Assembly (NCBI RefSeq): GCF_006345805.1
Contig: NC_042997.1
Coordinates: 50,220,001-50,284,000 of the forward strand
Direction: 5' to 3'
DNA length: 64,000 nt
Source: Octopus sinensis
Taxonomy: Eukaryota
Shown here: positions 12,500-24,599 of the stretch, piece after piece
How positions within the stretch are numbered: the first letter of the stretch is position 1
How the letters are laid out: each line of letters begins with the position of its first letter
Notes under the pieces: generated by a model
Seen by the model: only the letters and a program-made list of their open reading frames with translations
The model's database searches: none
Told to the model about the DNA's origin: nothing
Program-made: the position numbers and the translations under genes

Positions 12500-12539
12500 T
12501 TGTACAAGAGGAGAGTGAGAGATAATGTCAAAGTTGATA
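12380..12539. mobile_element. 122-bp (CA)n-rich insertion with 19-bp TSD
   Basis: gataatgtcaaagttgata at 12380-12398 and 12521-12539 flanks (CA)n plus tatatatttgtacaagaggagagtgaga; the same unique motif occurs at about 9770-9800. Confidence 0.75.
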
Positions 12540-12736
12540 AAATGGTCGATGTAATCCACTCTAGGCTGTGGTGTGTCCTTGGCAGGAGATGGTTCGCCTA
12601 GTTGATTGTTCAATAATGGACAGTGTCAGAACGACGTAAGCCCATGGGTGCCGACAGGCAAAGCATTTGTGAGAAGGTGCAATATAAGTATTCGTTGACA
12701 TTTTGTAGTTGTCGTGTGTGTGAGTGTGTATGATGA

Positions 12737-12805
12737 AAGAGAGAGAGAGAGAAAAGGGAGAGAGAAGGAGAGTGTAAGAGGGAGAGAGAAAGAAAGAGGA
12801 AGAGG

Positions 12806-12872
<67 letters not shown>

Positions 12873-12988
12873 TAGGGTTGCTCTTTCTGCTATATTTCTG
12901 TGATATTTAGTTAAAATATTCATATGAAAGCATCATACAGAAATCTGATTTGCTACTACACGATACTTACATACATGCATTCACACAA

Positions 12989-13065
<77 letters not shown>
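12737..13065. repeat. (GA)n tract and (TATC)n tract
   Basis: (GA)n at about 12737-12868; (CTAT)n at about 12989-13065. Confidence 0.95.
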
Positions 13066-13066
<1 letters not shown>

Positions 13067-14465
13067 GTCCCGACCCTACCATCACCAAACTACAACGCAT
13101 CCTCTTTCGCTTCTTGTGGAAAGGATGCGTCCCGATGGTCAGGCGATCCATTTGCTGTCAACACCCGTTAAAAGGAGGGCTGGGCATGCCGTGGTTGATG
13201 ATGCGCAGACACGCGCTGAGACTGCGACATCTCTGGCTCTATGTAGACGACGGTGAACAGGTGTGGTCGCCGTTTGTGAGGCACGCTTTCCCGCAGCTCG
13301 TCTCCATGACCGAACTGCAGTCGTGGATCAAAAAGAGGCCGAGGAAGGGCGAATGGCACCGCGAGTGTCGCGTTGCTCTCAAGCAACTCTGCCGTCCTGG
13401 GTCGACCTTAAGTGACTTCAACACAACCAAAGCATTCTATAGGGGTTAGTGGAGGGGAGGTACGACGACGAGCTCGGGGCGAACCTGGACGTCGACGAGG
13501 AGTACCTGACCCGCCTGTTCGGGACGACTTTCGGGCCAGGGCCCATGGACAACTTCCAGAGATCCCTGGCCTGGCAGTGCTACCGAGAAGCGCTACCCGT
13601 TCGGGATAAGCTCTACAGACACGGCTCGAGAAACACGGGCCGACCTGCCCGAGATGCGGTCAGAGCGACGAAACCGTTCTGCACGCACTCGTTCAGTGTC
13701 CAACAATTTCCGACCTGTGGGCTTATGTCGAACAACTGCTGTCACGTGTGGGACGAGTCGGTTTATCAGCTGAGTCTATCGTCAATATTGTCACGCCTCC
13801 TTCCTTCAAACGGGAAGGAAGAGCTATTTTCATCATCCTTGTGGCTATGGCGAAAGAATGTATCTGGTGGACGCGTCTGAAAGGATTGGAGACAAACACT
13901 TTCCTCTCTGGTCAATCTCTCATCAACTTCTTCAAGTACCACTTGAAAACGAAAGTGAGAGTAGAGAGGCAAGTTTTGTCTAGCGAATGTTTTAAAAAAA
14001 GATGGGTGAATGTAGCAAGAATGGCACGTATGAATGACGAAGCCACCTTGAGCATAGTCCTATGAACCCAGAAATCGAAAACAGAGAGTTGCTTATTTGC
14101 AAAAAAAAAAAAAAAAAAAAAGAAATATAAAATGTGACTTCATTGACCGAGGTTACCGTGGTCTTTTCCGTAGGCTTTTCTTTCCACGGGTAAACCTCAC
14201 CTGTCCTCCCCTTTACACTTCATATTGACATTTCTGTGATAACGATCCCTATTGATCAATTTTTTTTCCTCTCCCCCCCTTTTTTTTTTTTTTTTTTAAC
14301 CCCCCCCTTTTTTTTGTCCTCTTTCTCTCCTTTTACGATCCCTTTTGATCGAAACTCCCCTTTCCCTTTTTTTTTTTTTTTTTTTTTTTTAAACCTTCAA
14401 AAGAAAAGCTCTACCTTGTAATTTGTTCTATCTGTGTGCAGCCCTGTGTGGCTAATAAAGAAACA
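13066..14465 (+). mobile_element. Tx1-clade LINE copy A (5'-truncated, UTR type 1)
   Basis: ORF2 3' half with the C-terminal knuckle region (frameshifted), U-rich 3'UTR ending gtggctaataaagaaaca; (TATC)n on both sides. Confidence 0.9.
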
Positions 14466-14513
<48 letters not shown>

Positions 14514-14515
<2 letters not shown>

Positions 14516-15782
14516 GACGACGGTGAACAGGTGTGGTCGCCGTTTGTGAAGCACGCTTTCCCGCAGCTCGTCTCCATGACCGAACTGCAGTCGTGGATCA
14601 AAAAGAGGCCGAGGAAGGGCGATTGACACCGCGAGTGTCGCGTTGCTCTCAAGCATCTCAAGCATCTACCTTAAGTGACTTCAACACAACCAAAGCATTC
14701 TATAGGGGTTTAGTGGAGGGGAGGTACGACGACGAGCTCGGGACGAACCTGGACGTCGACGAGGAGTACCTGACCCGCCTGTTCAGGACGACTTTCGGGC
14801 CAGGGCCCATGGACAACTTCCAGAGATCCCTGGCCTGGCAGTGCTACCGAGAAGCGCTACCCGTTCGGGATAAGCTCTACAAACACGGCTCGAGAAACAC
14901 GGGGCCGACCTGCCCGAGATGCGGTCAGAGCGACGAAACCGTTCTGCACGCAATCGTACAGTGTCCAGCCATTTCCGACCTGTGGGCTTATGTTGAACAA
15001 CTGCTGTCACGTGTGGGACGAGTCGGTTTATCAGCTGAGTCTATCGTCAATATTGTCACGCCTCCTTCCTTCAAACGGGAAGGAAGAGCTATTTTCATCA
15101 TCCTTGTGGCTATGGCGAAAGAATGTATCTGGTGGACGCGTCTGAAAGGATTAGAGACAAACACTTTCCTCTCTGGTCAATCTCTCATCAACTTCTTCAA
15201 GTTCCACTTGAAAAGGAAAGTGAGAGTAGAGAGGCAAGTTTTGTCTAGCGAACGTTTTAAAAAAAGATGGGTGAATGTAGCAAGGATGGCACGTATGAAT
15301 GACGAAGCCACCTTGAGCATAATCCTATGAACCCAGAAATTGAAAACAGAGGGTTACCCACTTGCAAACAAATGTGGTAACATATAACAATATTGACCAA
15401 GGTTACCGTGGTCTTTTTCGTAGGCTTTTCTTCCCACGGATAAACCTTACTTGCTTTCCCCTTTACACCATATATCATAACACTGTGATACACGATCCCT
15501 ATTGATCGTTCTTTTTTTTCGTCTTCCCCTTTTTTTCCCCTTTTTTCTTCTTTTTTCATTTCTCTTTCCTTTTGTTCCTTTTCCTTTTTTCTTCTTTCTA
15601 TTCTTTTTATTTTATTCAATTTTTTTTTGTTCTTTTCTTCCCTTTTACGATGCCTCTTGATCGAAAACCTACGCCACCCTTTTTTTTCTTTTGTTTTTTG
15701 TTCTCTTCATCCCGCAAAAGAAAAGCTCTACCTTGTAACTTGTCCCATCTGTGTGCAGCCCTGTGTGGCCAATAAAGAAACT

Positions 15783-15783
<1 letters not shown>
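14514..15783 (+). mobile_element. Tx1-clade LINE copy B (5'-truncated, UTR type 2)
   Basis: ORF 14533-15330 includes CPRCGQSDETVLHAIVQC; ends gtggccaataaagaaact; (TATC)n on both sides. Confidence 0.9.
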
Positions 15784-15872
<89 letters not shown>

Positions 15873-16009
15873 GTCTGTCTATCTATCTATCTATCTATAT
15901 ATCTATCTATCTATCTATCTATCTTTCTACCTACCCATCTCTCTATCTCTCTATCTCTCTATCTCTCTATCTCTCTCTCTATATATATATCTATCTATCT
16001 ATCTATCTC

Positions 16010-16040
<31 letters not shown>

Positions 16041-16057
16041 GTCTGTCTATATGTCTG

Positions 16058-16125
<68 letters not shown>

Positions 16126-18307
16126 CTGCAACTGGCAGCAAAACGGGAGCATTCCTGGTTTTGTGAGCCGAGGAGCCGTAACACTGCTGAAGAAAGATCT
16201 AAACAAGGGAAATGTAATAGATAACTTTAGGCCCATCACTCTGCTTAATGCAGACTTGAAAATTTTGGCCAAGGTGCTAGCCAAGAGGTTGGCGCTTGTC
16301 ATCGAGAAACTGGTCGACAAGGCGCAAACATGCGCCGTGCCAGGCCGGACCATCCATGACAACCTCCATCTGATGCGCTACATCATAGACAGGGTAGTTA
16401 ACGAACCTGGCATGGGTGGGGCCCTGATCAACTTGGATCAATCAAAAGCCTTTGATAGGGTAGACCATCGATACTTGGAGGCAGTCCTGAGAGCGGCTGG
16501 TTTCGGTCCCGTCTTCCGCGGCTGGATAGCTGCCTTGTACAGAGGCATCCGTTCGGTAATTCGCGTAAATGGACATCTATCGAGACCTTTCGACATTGCA
16601 CGTTCGGTCCGTCAGGGATGCCCCCTCTCGGCGCTTCTATACGTATTGACTCTTGAGCCACTACTGCGGAAGCTGGCGACTCTAAGGGGCATCCCGCGAG
16701 AATTGGGATGCGGGACGAGCGTGTCTGCATACGCGGACGACGTCACCGTCATAGTGTCTAGCCACGAGCACATCGAGCTGGTCGGCGAGACACTGAAAAA
16801 CTACGAAGCGGTGACAGGAGCGAAAATCAACCGGGAAAAGTCAGTGGGCTTGCGACTAGGCACCTGGAGAAGCAAGCCCATGCCGTCCACCAGCGCCTCC
16901 GTCGTGGGACGCTGGACCGACGGCCCGGTTGAGTTGCTCGGGGTCTGGTTTGGTCCGGACCTCCAAGTGGAGAAGAACTGGAACGAGATAACGAGTAGGG
17001 TGGTCACTCTCGCCCGGCAATGGGCCGAGAGGAAACTGTCCCTAAAAGGTCGAGCGGAGGTGGCGAACACGTACATCGCGTCCGTCATCTACTACCGCCT
17101 GACCGTCGTACCTTGTCCCGACCCTACCATCACCAAACTACAACGCATCCTCTTTCGCTTCTTGTGGAAAGGATGCGTCCCGATGGTCAGGCGATCCATT
17201 TGCTGTCAACACCCGTTAAAAGGAGGGCTGGTGATGATGCGCAGACACGCGCTGAGACTGCGACATCTCTGGCTCTATGTAGACGACGGTGAACAGGTGT
17301 GGTCGCCGTTTGTGAGGCACGCTTTCCCGCAGCTCGTCTCCATGACCGAACTGCAGTCGTGGATCAAAAAGAGGCCGAGGAAGGGCGAATGGCACCGCGA
17401 GTGTCGCGTTGCTCTCAAGCAACTCTGCCGTCCTGGGTCGACCTTAAGTGACTTCAACACAACCAAAGCATTCTATAGGGGTTTAGTGGAGGGGAGGTAC
17501 GACGACGAGCTCGGGGCGAACCTGGACGTCGACGAGGAGTACCTGACCCGCTGTTCGGGACGACTTTCGGGCCAGGGCCCATGGACAACTTCCAGAGATC
17601 CCTGGCCTGGCAGTGCTACCGAGAAGCGCTACCCGTCGGGATAAGCTCTACAGACACGGCTCGAGAAACACGGGGCCGACCTGCCCGAGATGCGGTCAGA
17701 GCGACGAAACCGTTCTGCACGCACTCGTTCAGTGTCCAACAATTTCCGACCTGTGGGCTTATGTCGAACAACTGCTGTCACGTGTGGGACGAGTCGGTTT
17801 ATCAGCTGAGTCTATCGTCAATATTGTCACGCCTCCTTCCTTCAAACGGGAAGGAAGAGCTATTTTCATCATCCTTGTGGCTATGGCGAAAGAATGTATC
17901 TGGTGGACGCGTCTGAAAGGATTGGAGACAAACACTTTCCTCTCTGGTCAATCTCTCATCAACTTCTTCAAGTACCACTTAAAAGGAAAGTGAGAGTAGA
18001 GAGGCAAGTTTTGTCTAGCGAATGTTTTAAAAAAAGATGGGTGAATGTAGCAGAATGGCACGTATGAATGACGAAGCCACCTTGAGCATAGTCCTATGAA
18101 CCCAGAAATCGAAAACAGAGAGTTGCTTATTTGCAAAAAAAAAAAAAAAAAAAAAGAAATATAAAATGTGACTTCATTGACCGAGGTTACCGTGGTCTTT
18201 TCCGCAGGCTTTTCTTTCTACGGGTAAACCTCACCTGTCCTCCCCTTTACACTTCATATTGACATTTCTGTGATAACGATCCCTATTGATCATTTTTTTT
18301 CCTCTCC

Positions 18308-18338
<31 letters not shown>

Positions 18339-18402
18339 AACCCCCCTTATTTTTGTCCTCTTTCCCTCCTTTTACGATCCCTTTTGATCGAACCTCCCCC
18401 TT

Positions 18403-18442
<40 letters not shown>

Positions 18443-18514
18443 CCTTCAAAAGAAAAGCTCTACCTTGTAATTTGTTCTATCTGTGTGCAGCCCTGTGTGG
18501 CTAATAAAGAAACA
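16126..18514 (+). mobile_element. Tx1-clade LINE copy C (longest, UTR type 1)
   Basis: Contains the RT domain and 3' end; (TATC)n on both sides. Confidence 0.92.
16163..18097 (+). pseudogene. Tx1/L1-type ORF2 RT domain and zinc knuckle, frameshifted, lacking the endonuclease part
   Basis: FRPITLLNADLKILAK, QTCAVPGRTIHDN, LDQSKAFDRVDH, SVRQGCPLS and YADD are typical of Tx1-clade ORF2; 12-nt deletion near 17230 relative to copy A; frameshifts near 17550, 17635 and later. Confidence 0.88.
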
Positions 18515-18541
18515 TATCTATCCATTTACCTATCTATCTAT

Positions 18542-19210
18542 CGGGAAGGAAGAGCTATTTTCATCATTCTTGTGGCTATGGCGAAAGAATGTATCTGGTG
18601 GACGCGTCTGAAAGGATTGGAGACAAACACTTTCCTCTCTGGTCAACCTCTCATCAACTTCTTCAAGTACCACTTGAAAAGAAAAGTGAGAGTAGAGAGG
18701 CAAGTTTTGTCTAGCGAACGTTTTAAAAAAAGATGGGTGAATGTAGCAAGGATGGCACGTATGAATGACGAAGCCACCTTGAGCATAATCCTATGAACCC
18801 AGAAATTGAAAACGGAGGGTTACCCACTTGCAAACAAATGTGGTAACATATAACAATATTGACCAAGGTTACCGTGGTCTTTTTCGTAGGCTTTTCTTCC
18901 CACGGATAAACCTTACTTGCTTTCCCCTTTACACCATACATCATGACAGTGATACACGATCCCTATTGATCGTTTTTTTTTATTCTCCCCCTTTTTTCCT
19001 CTTTTTTCTTCTTTTTTCATTTTTCTTTTCTTTTTTCCCTTTTTTCTTTTCCTTTTTTTCTTTTTTCTTTTTTCTCTTTCCTTTCTTTTCTTTTTTCTTT
19101 TTTTGTTCTTTTTTCCCTTTTACGATCCCTTTTGATCGAAAACCTACGCCACCTTTTTTTTTCTCCCCTTGTCCCATCTGTGTGCAGCCCTGTGTGGCCA
19201 ATAAAGAAAC

Positions 19211-19211
<1 letters not shown>
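18542..19211 (+). mobile_element. Tx1-clade LINE copy D (5'-truncated, UTR type 2)
   Basis: Last roughly 85 codons of ORF2 plus the type 2 UTR; TATC-type repeat on both sides. Confidence 0.9.
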
Positions 19212-19284
<73 letters not shown>

Positions 19285-19309
19285 GTCTATCTATCTTTCT
19301 ATTGGTCTG

Positions 19310-19368
<59 letters not shown>

Positions 19369-20214
19369 GTCTATCTATCTTTCTATTGGTCTGTCTATCT
19401 ATCTATCTATCTATCTATCAATCTACCTATCTCTCTCACAATTGGTTTCTTTCAACTGATACATCGCCTGATGTCATTCATGCCTTTCTCAATGAGATCA
19501 GCCGTGAAATGGTCACAAATAGAAATCGAAACTGCATCACGGTCTTAGCCATTCGGAAACATACGTCACATCTCGGTTAATCCTCACAGTAAAAAATCAA
19601 AGTCAATTAATTAACTGAAAATTTAACAAACATCAACCTCAAAAAATATAAATAAACAAAAAAAAAAACAAAACATGAAAAATAAAATTATTGATATTCA
19701 CTGAAGAATGAACTCCGATCAAGCAAACAAATAGACTAACGGACAGACATACCAACGAATGATCATATCTGAATTAGTGAAACGTTTCCCACTCAACACA
19801 TAATTCAACTGAATATAGTGCCAGTTAGTTGCTTGCACGATAGGAAATATCGACCATTTTCACCGAAAGCTGGTCAATGACGTCAAAGCGTTGCATTTCT
19901 TCCCAGTTGCTATTTATGGTAACATAACTGTTATTTATAAACTGCCTCATTCTGTATGGACAGAAGCCGATCCTTTCGATGAACTATCTCATTCATTCTT
20001 TACATGACACCAGCATTCATTTCCGACTTCTTTCTTCCTTTCTTTCCTTCGTTCATTTATCCTTTCTTTCGTTTTTATTTTCGTTCTTTCTTTCTTCTTC
20101 GTCTTTATCCGCAGATAAAAATTATTTAGAGTCTGTTCGAAATGTTTGTTTTCATACATATTTTAATATTATGACTATCACTCGCTAACAACGGATTTGT
20201 TGAACAAACCGCAC

Positions 20215-20271
<57 letters not shown>

Positions 20272-20279
<8 letters not shown>

Positions 20280-20533
20280 CACGGGTAAACCTCACCTGTC
20301 CTCCCCTTTACACTTCATATTGACATTTCTGTGATAACGATCCCTATTGATCAATTCCCCCCCCCTTTTTTTAACCCCCCCTTTTTTTGTCCTCTTTCTC
20401 TCCTTTTACGATCCCTTTTGATCGAAACTCCCCCTTCCTTTTTTTTTTTTTTTCTTTTAAACCTTCAAAAGAAAAGCTCTACCTTGTAATTTGTTCTATC
20501 TGTGTGCAGCCCTGTGTGGCTAATAAAGAAACA
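20272..20533 (+). mobile_element. Tx1-clade LINE copy E (3'UTR only, type 1)
   Basis: Matches the 3'UTR of copies A and C; (TATC)n at 20216-20271 and from 20534 onward. Confidence 0.88.
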
Positions 20534-20576
<43 letters not shown>

Positions 20577-20589
20577 TTATCCATCTAAC

Positions 20590-20673
<84 letters not shown>

Positions 20674-20716
20674 CATCTATCTATCTATCTATTTATCTAT
20701 CTATCTATTTAAATTT

Positions 20717-20795
<79 letters not shown>

Positions 20796-21135
20796 ATCTA
20801 TCTATCCATCCATCTATCAGTCTTTCTTTCCGCTTGTCTGTCTACCTATCAAAGCGTACACCTCTCTTATCTATATCTATATATGTATGTATGTATATAT
20901 ATGTATATATATATATATATATATACATATCTATGTATATATATATATACATATATATATTCATACACACACACACATATATACATACATGCATGCACAC
21001 ACATATATATATATATATATATACATACGTACACAAATACACGCATTCATGCATACATACATACATACATACATACATACATACATACATACATACATAC
21101 ATACATACATACGTACATACATATGTTTATACATA
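20534..21135. repeat. Compound (TATC)n, (TA)n and (TACA)n microsatellite
   Basis: Seen directly. Confidence 0.95.
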
Positions 21136-21326
21136 CACCTAGCTACTTCCTTTATTCGTCTCTTGCTATTTTCCGCATTCAATTACATGTATTTCCTCTC
21201 TTTTATTACGTTTTTGGCATTTTTTGTTGTTTTACTTAGTTCCAAATCAGACTGGAATCACTGAGACCATAAATCTAACATAAATATATCTCTTCATACA
21301 GACATTTCTTTCAGCCCCTGAAAAGC

Positions 21327-21443
21327 TTCTCTTGCTCTCTCTCTTCTCTTCCATCTCTCTTGCTCTCTCTTCTCTTTCATCTCTCTTGCTCTCTCTTCTC
21401 TTCCATCTCTCTTGCTCTCTCTTCTCTTCCATCTCTCTTGCTT
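21327..21443 (+). repeat. 26-bp pyrimidine-rich minisatellite, about 4.4 units
   Basis: Unit ctctcttgctctctcttctcttccat. Confidence 0.85.
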
Positions 21444-21596
21444 TCTACATCTCTTCCTCAATATTTCTTTGTATATGTTAGTATATCTAGCAATTATTTA
21501 TATCTTAGTTCGGTTTAAAGAGAATATAGGCCGGTGATAGGTATATGTATTTATGTATATTCATATTTCAGCACCTGCACACGTATACACATACTC

Positions 21597-21631
<35 letters not shown>

Positions 21632-21682
21632 CACACCACACACACACACACATATATATATGTGCATTTTAAAATTCATTAT

Positions 21683-21890
21683 TCTTTTAACTGTGCCAGT
21701 CATTTGACTACGGCCGTGCTGGAGCACCGTCTTTACTCAAACAAATCGACACCAGGACTTATTCTTTGTAAGCCTGGTACTTATTCTATCGGTATCTTTT
21801 GCTGATTCGCTAGTTTACTGGGACATAAACACACCAACATCGGTTGTCAAGCAATGGTAGAGGGATAAATACAGACACAAACACATGCAA
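21683..21890 (-). mobile_element. SINE family S2, 3' part
   Basis: cagtcatttgac..gctggagcaccg..ggacttattctttgtaagcctggtacttattctatcgg, shared with the other S2 copies. Confidence 0.75.
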
Positions 21891-22228
21891 ATATATATAT
21901 GTATATATACATATATATATACACATGCATGTAGATGTAGTGTATAAATGTGTGTATACATGTAAGCCAATATATATATACGTTGTTATTTTTTTTGCAA
22001 TTTACTTAATCATTGATATTTTATTGTGATTTTAATTTTAATATATCTATTACATGTAATTTTCCAGATGGTGTAATTTAATTGTTCATTTTGAATTGAT
22101 AAAAGGTGTTTCTTTTTCTAATTTTATATATATATTATATTCCATTATATTGTGTGAAATTTGATTTAGTATTCCTAAATTTAATTTTTTCCCTGTAAGT
22201 TTGGATTTATATTCCCTCAAATAATTAT

Positions 22229-22308
<80 letters not shown>

Positions 22309-22580
22309 TGAAAATTATATATATATATATACAGGTATAAGTTAAAGGTGTTTAAAGCCTCTAAAAGATAGATACAACCAAAGCCACTTCTCGTAATTAT
22401 CTCGGTAGGTATATTCCTTAGTATAATGTATACGGCAGCAGGTAATTTAGCGGGTAACCGTAGTTTAATTTATATACACGAGAAGAACATGGAGGAAAAA
22501 TAACAAACAGAAGTGTGTCTTTTACGCTAGTAAGCCATTGTTTAATTAGTAAATAAAGGTGAGAGAGTGAGAGTGAAGTT

Positions 22581-22664
22581 GTTTACGATCGTTTCTGTTT
22601 AGCTTGATGAGAAAAAATATATTTATATTTGTGCCTCGTTGCCAATGGTAGACATCGTCAGAAC
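22581..22664 (-). ncRNA. Degenerate type I hammerhead motif in the PLE 3' region
   Basis: gtt CTGACGA tgtct [long loop] aaaca GAAA cgatcg TA aac; palindromic ACGATCGT stem III, GUA triplet, only a 3-bp stem I. Confidence 0.55.
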
Positions 22665-23374
22665 GGAGAAGTCAGAGGAAGAGAGAAGAAGAGTGAAAGA
22701 TCAATGGTTACATCGGAAAAGATAAGGTCAAACATTCGAGTGTCTTACATTATAGTTGGGTTCACAGTACGTTAAGTCCGTTGTGAGGTGGATGAAGAAT
22801 ATAAATCAGTTGGACCTGTGGTCTCATGGTTATTCAGTGTCATGTCTTGCACGTACCTGTGTCTTCTGGGGTTTCACCCGCGGTGCAATGTAAGGAGGCT
22901 ACCTCTAATTAGGGAAAACCGGTGCTATTATAATGGCCTACGTGTCATTGAAATATATGTTGTAGGAGGTTCGTATTATCACAGGAAGCCATATATTGGT
23001 GTAAAGTATGGAACGAGCGCCGGTCCGATCCAGCGTGTAGAGAGACTCATTGCCGTTATTACTATTTTGTTATGAAGAGGGCATGGAGAAAGAGGGTGGG
23101 AAGAAAAAGTTAGCATGTAAGTATCTTAGGTCGTTCTCGGTTAAAAAGAATTATATGCATACATAGGCTAGCGTAGGATATAGAGTAGGTATATAATTAT
23201 TGGTTTATTATGTGGGTTTGGAGTAGGGTAATGTAAGTTTGGGTTGGTGTAAGTGGTTAAGGGGGGGGGTAATGGGCTGGTGAGTAAGTCTTCTAGTAGG
23301 GGTGAGGCTAGGATAGTGATACGTACAGGATAGATCGGGTTTAATGAAACTTAGAGAAGACAAAAAAATTATTT

Positions 23375-23707
23375 TCATGTTTTTCTATTCAGTAGAGGCG
23401 GTTTAGCCATTAATATATTCAGGTGCTCTGTTAAACAGAGATCGCACCGCTTATTAGTTATTTTATAAAACGAGGTGATTGCTAGGATGCGCCATTTTAA
23501 ACTATAATTAATTTTTTAATTCTTTAATTCCCAGATGTAGCTACTAAGCCCTGTGGAGTTTGCTTTACTTCTATTTCTAGAGCTAGATTGGTGTTAGTTG
23601 TATCTCAGTATCATTTGGTTTTTCGTGGTCCCTATATACGATTTCGTATGGTTATTTGTGAATACGTCGCATTGGTATACTATATTTTCTGTTTTACACC
23701 GATTAGA
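23375..23707 (-). pseudogene. Penelope-type GIY-YIG endonuclease remnant
   Basis: One frame by manual translation: SNRCKTENIVYQCDVFTNNHTKSYIGTTKNQMILRYN*HQSSSRNRSKANSTGLSSYIWELKN*KINYSLKWRILAITSFYKITNKRCDLCLTEHLNILMAKPPLLNRKT*. Shows VY..YIG motifs and the PLE C-terminal KRCxLCLTE..LLN motif, with two stops. Confidence 0.85.
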
Positions 23708-24221
23708 AAATTGGCACTTATTTCTGTCTCTGCAGCCACATAAAGTATTCTGTCTATCTGTGCTAATGTTGTGTTGCGGGGTGGGGGAGCTATTCTTAGT
23801 CGGGTCGCTGTCCGTGTTGCTTGATGGCGCACCTTTAGCGGTGGTATTTCTTCTATTTGCCGGTTGGCTGTTCTGTTTTATGTTGCTGATTTTCCTAGTT
23901 TCATAGAAGGTGTCCAGTTTATTATTATTTCATTATGTAGCAACTAGTGCTATAAATTTATATCCAGATTGTAGAAGTTCATAGTTTTATCGGAGTGAAT
24001 TATAATTCCCTTTTGTAATTTCAGTTTGTATAATAGGTCCTTTAGTTTCTACCTGTCGAGATGGTATAAAACGAGCGGCGGCGATACCCAACATGCCGTA
24101 ACTGGTGACTGGGAGAGAGTGAAGAGGAGCGTTGCTCAGGCTTCGTAATTTAGGTTGGTTACGTTTCCATCCTTCTTAACGAGTCTTGACTCAAACCTGG
24201 TTGACGATTGCTATTATTCTT

Positions 24222-24599
24222 TATTCTTTCATTCTGTTACTTGTTTAAAGTCACTTGACAGTGGACATGCTGGAGCAACGCCTTGAAAGGGTTCTAGTCG
24301 ACCCCAGGACTTATTTTTTTAAAGCCTAGTACTTATTCTATCGGTCACTTGGCCGAACCGCTAAGTTACAGAGACATAGACACATCAACACCGGTTGTCA
24401 AGCGGTGCTGGGAGCACAAACACACACGCATACTCATATATATATACATGACGTGCTTCTTTCAGTTTCTGTCTACCAAGGCTTTGATCGGCCCGTTGCT
24501 TTAGCAGAAGAAACTTGCTCAAGGTGCCACGCAGCGGGATTGAACCCGGAACCACGTGGCTGAGAAGCAAGCTTCTTACCACACAGCCACACCTGCACC
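24222..24599 (-). mobile_element. SINE family S2
   Basis: tRNA-like head (ggctgtgtggtaagaagc..ggttccgggttcaatccc) and the S2 tail. Confidence 0.8.

Larger units (their letters stand above)
22335..24075 (-). mobile_element. Decayed Penelope-like element, 3' part (GIY-YIG remnant plus 3' non-coding region)
   Basis: GIY-YIG remnant at 23375-23707 and an HHR-like motif at 22581-22664 on the same strand; ends in (TA)n. Outer boundaries are approximate. Confidence 0.75.

Noticed and set aside
12989-20830. CRISPR-like array or a simple segmental duplication
   Set aside because: The repeats are microsatellite tracts and the intervening segments are LINE fragments with different truncation points; the context is eukaryotic and there are no cas genes.
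15627-21264. Long YLSI/IYLS/YIHT-type ORFs (also at 31176-32276 and 43559-44699)
   Set aside because: These are translations of stop-free microsatellites.
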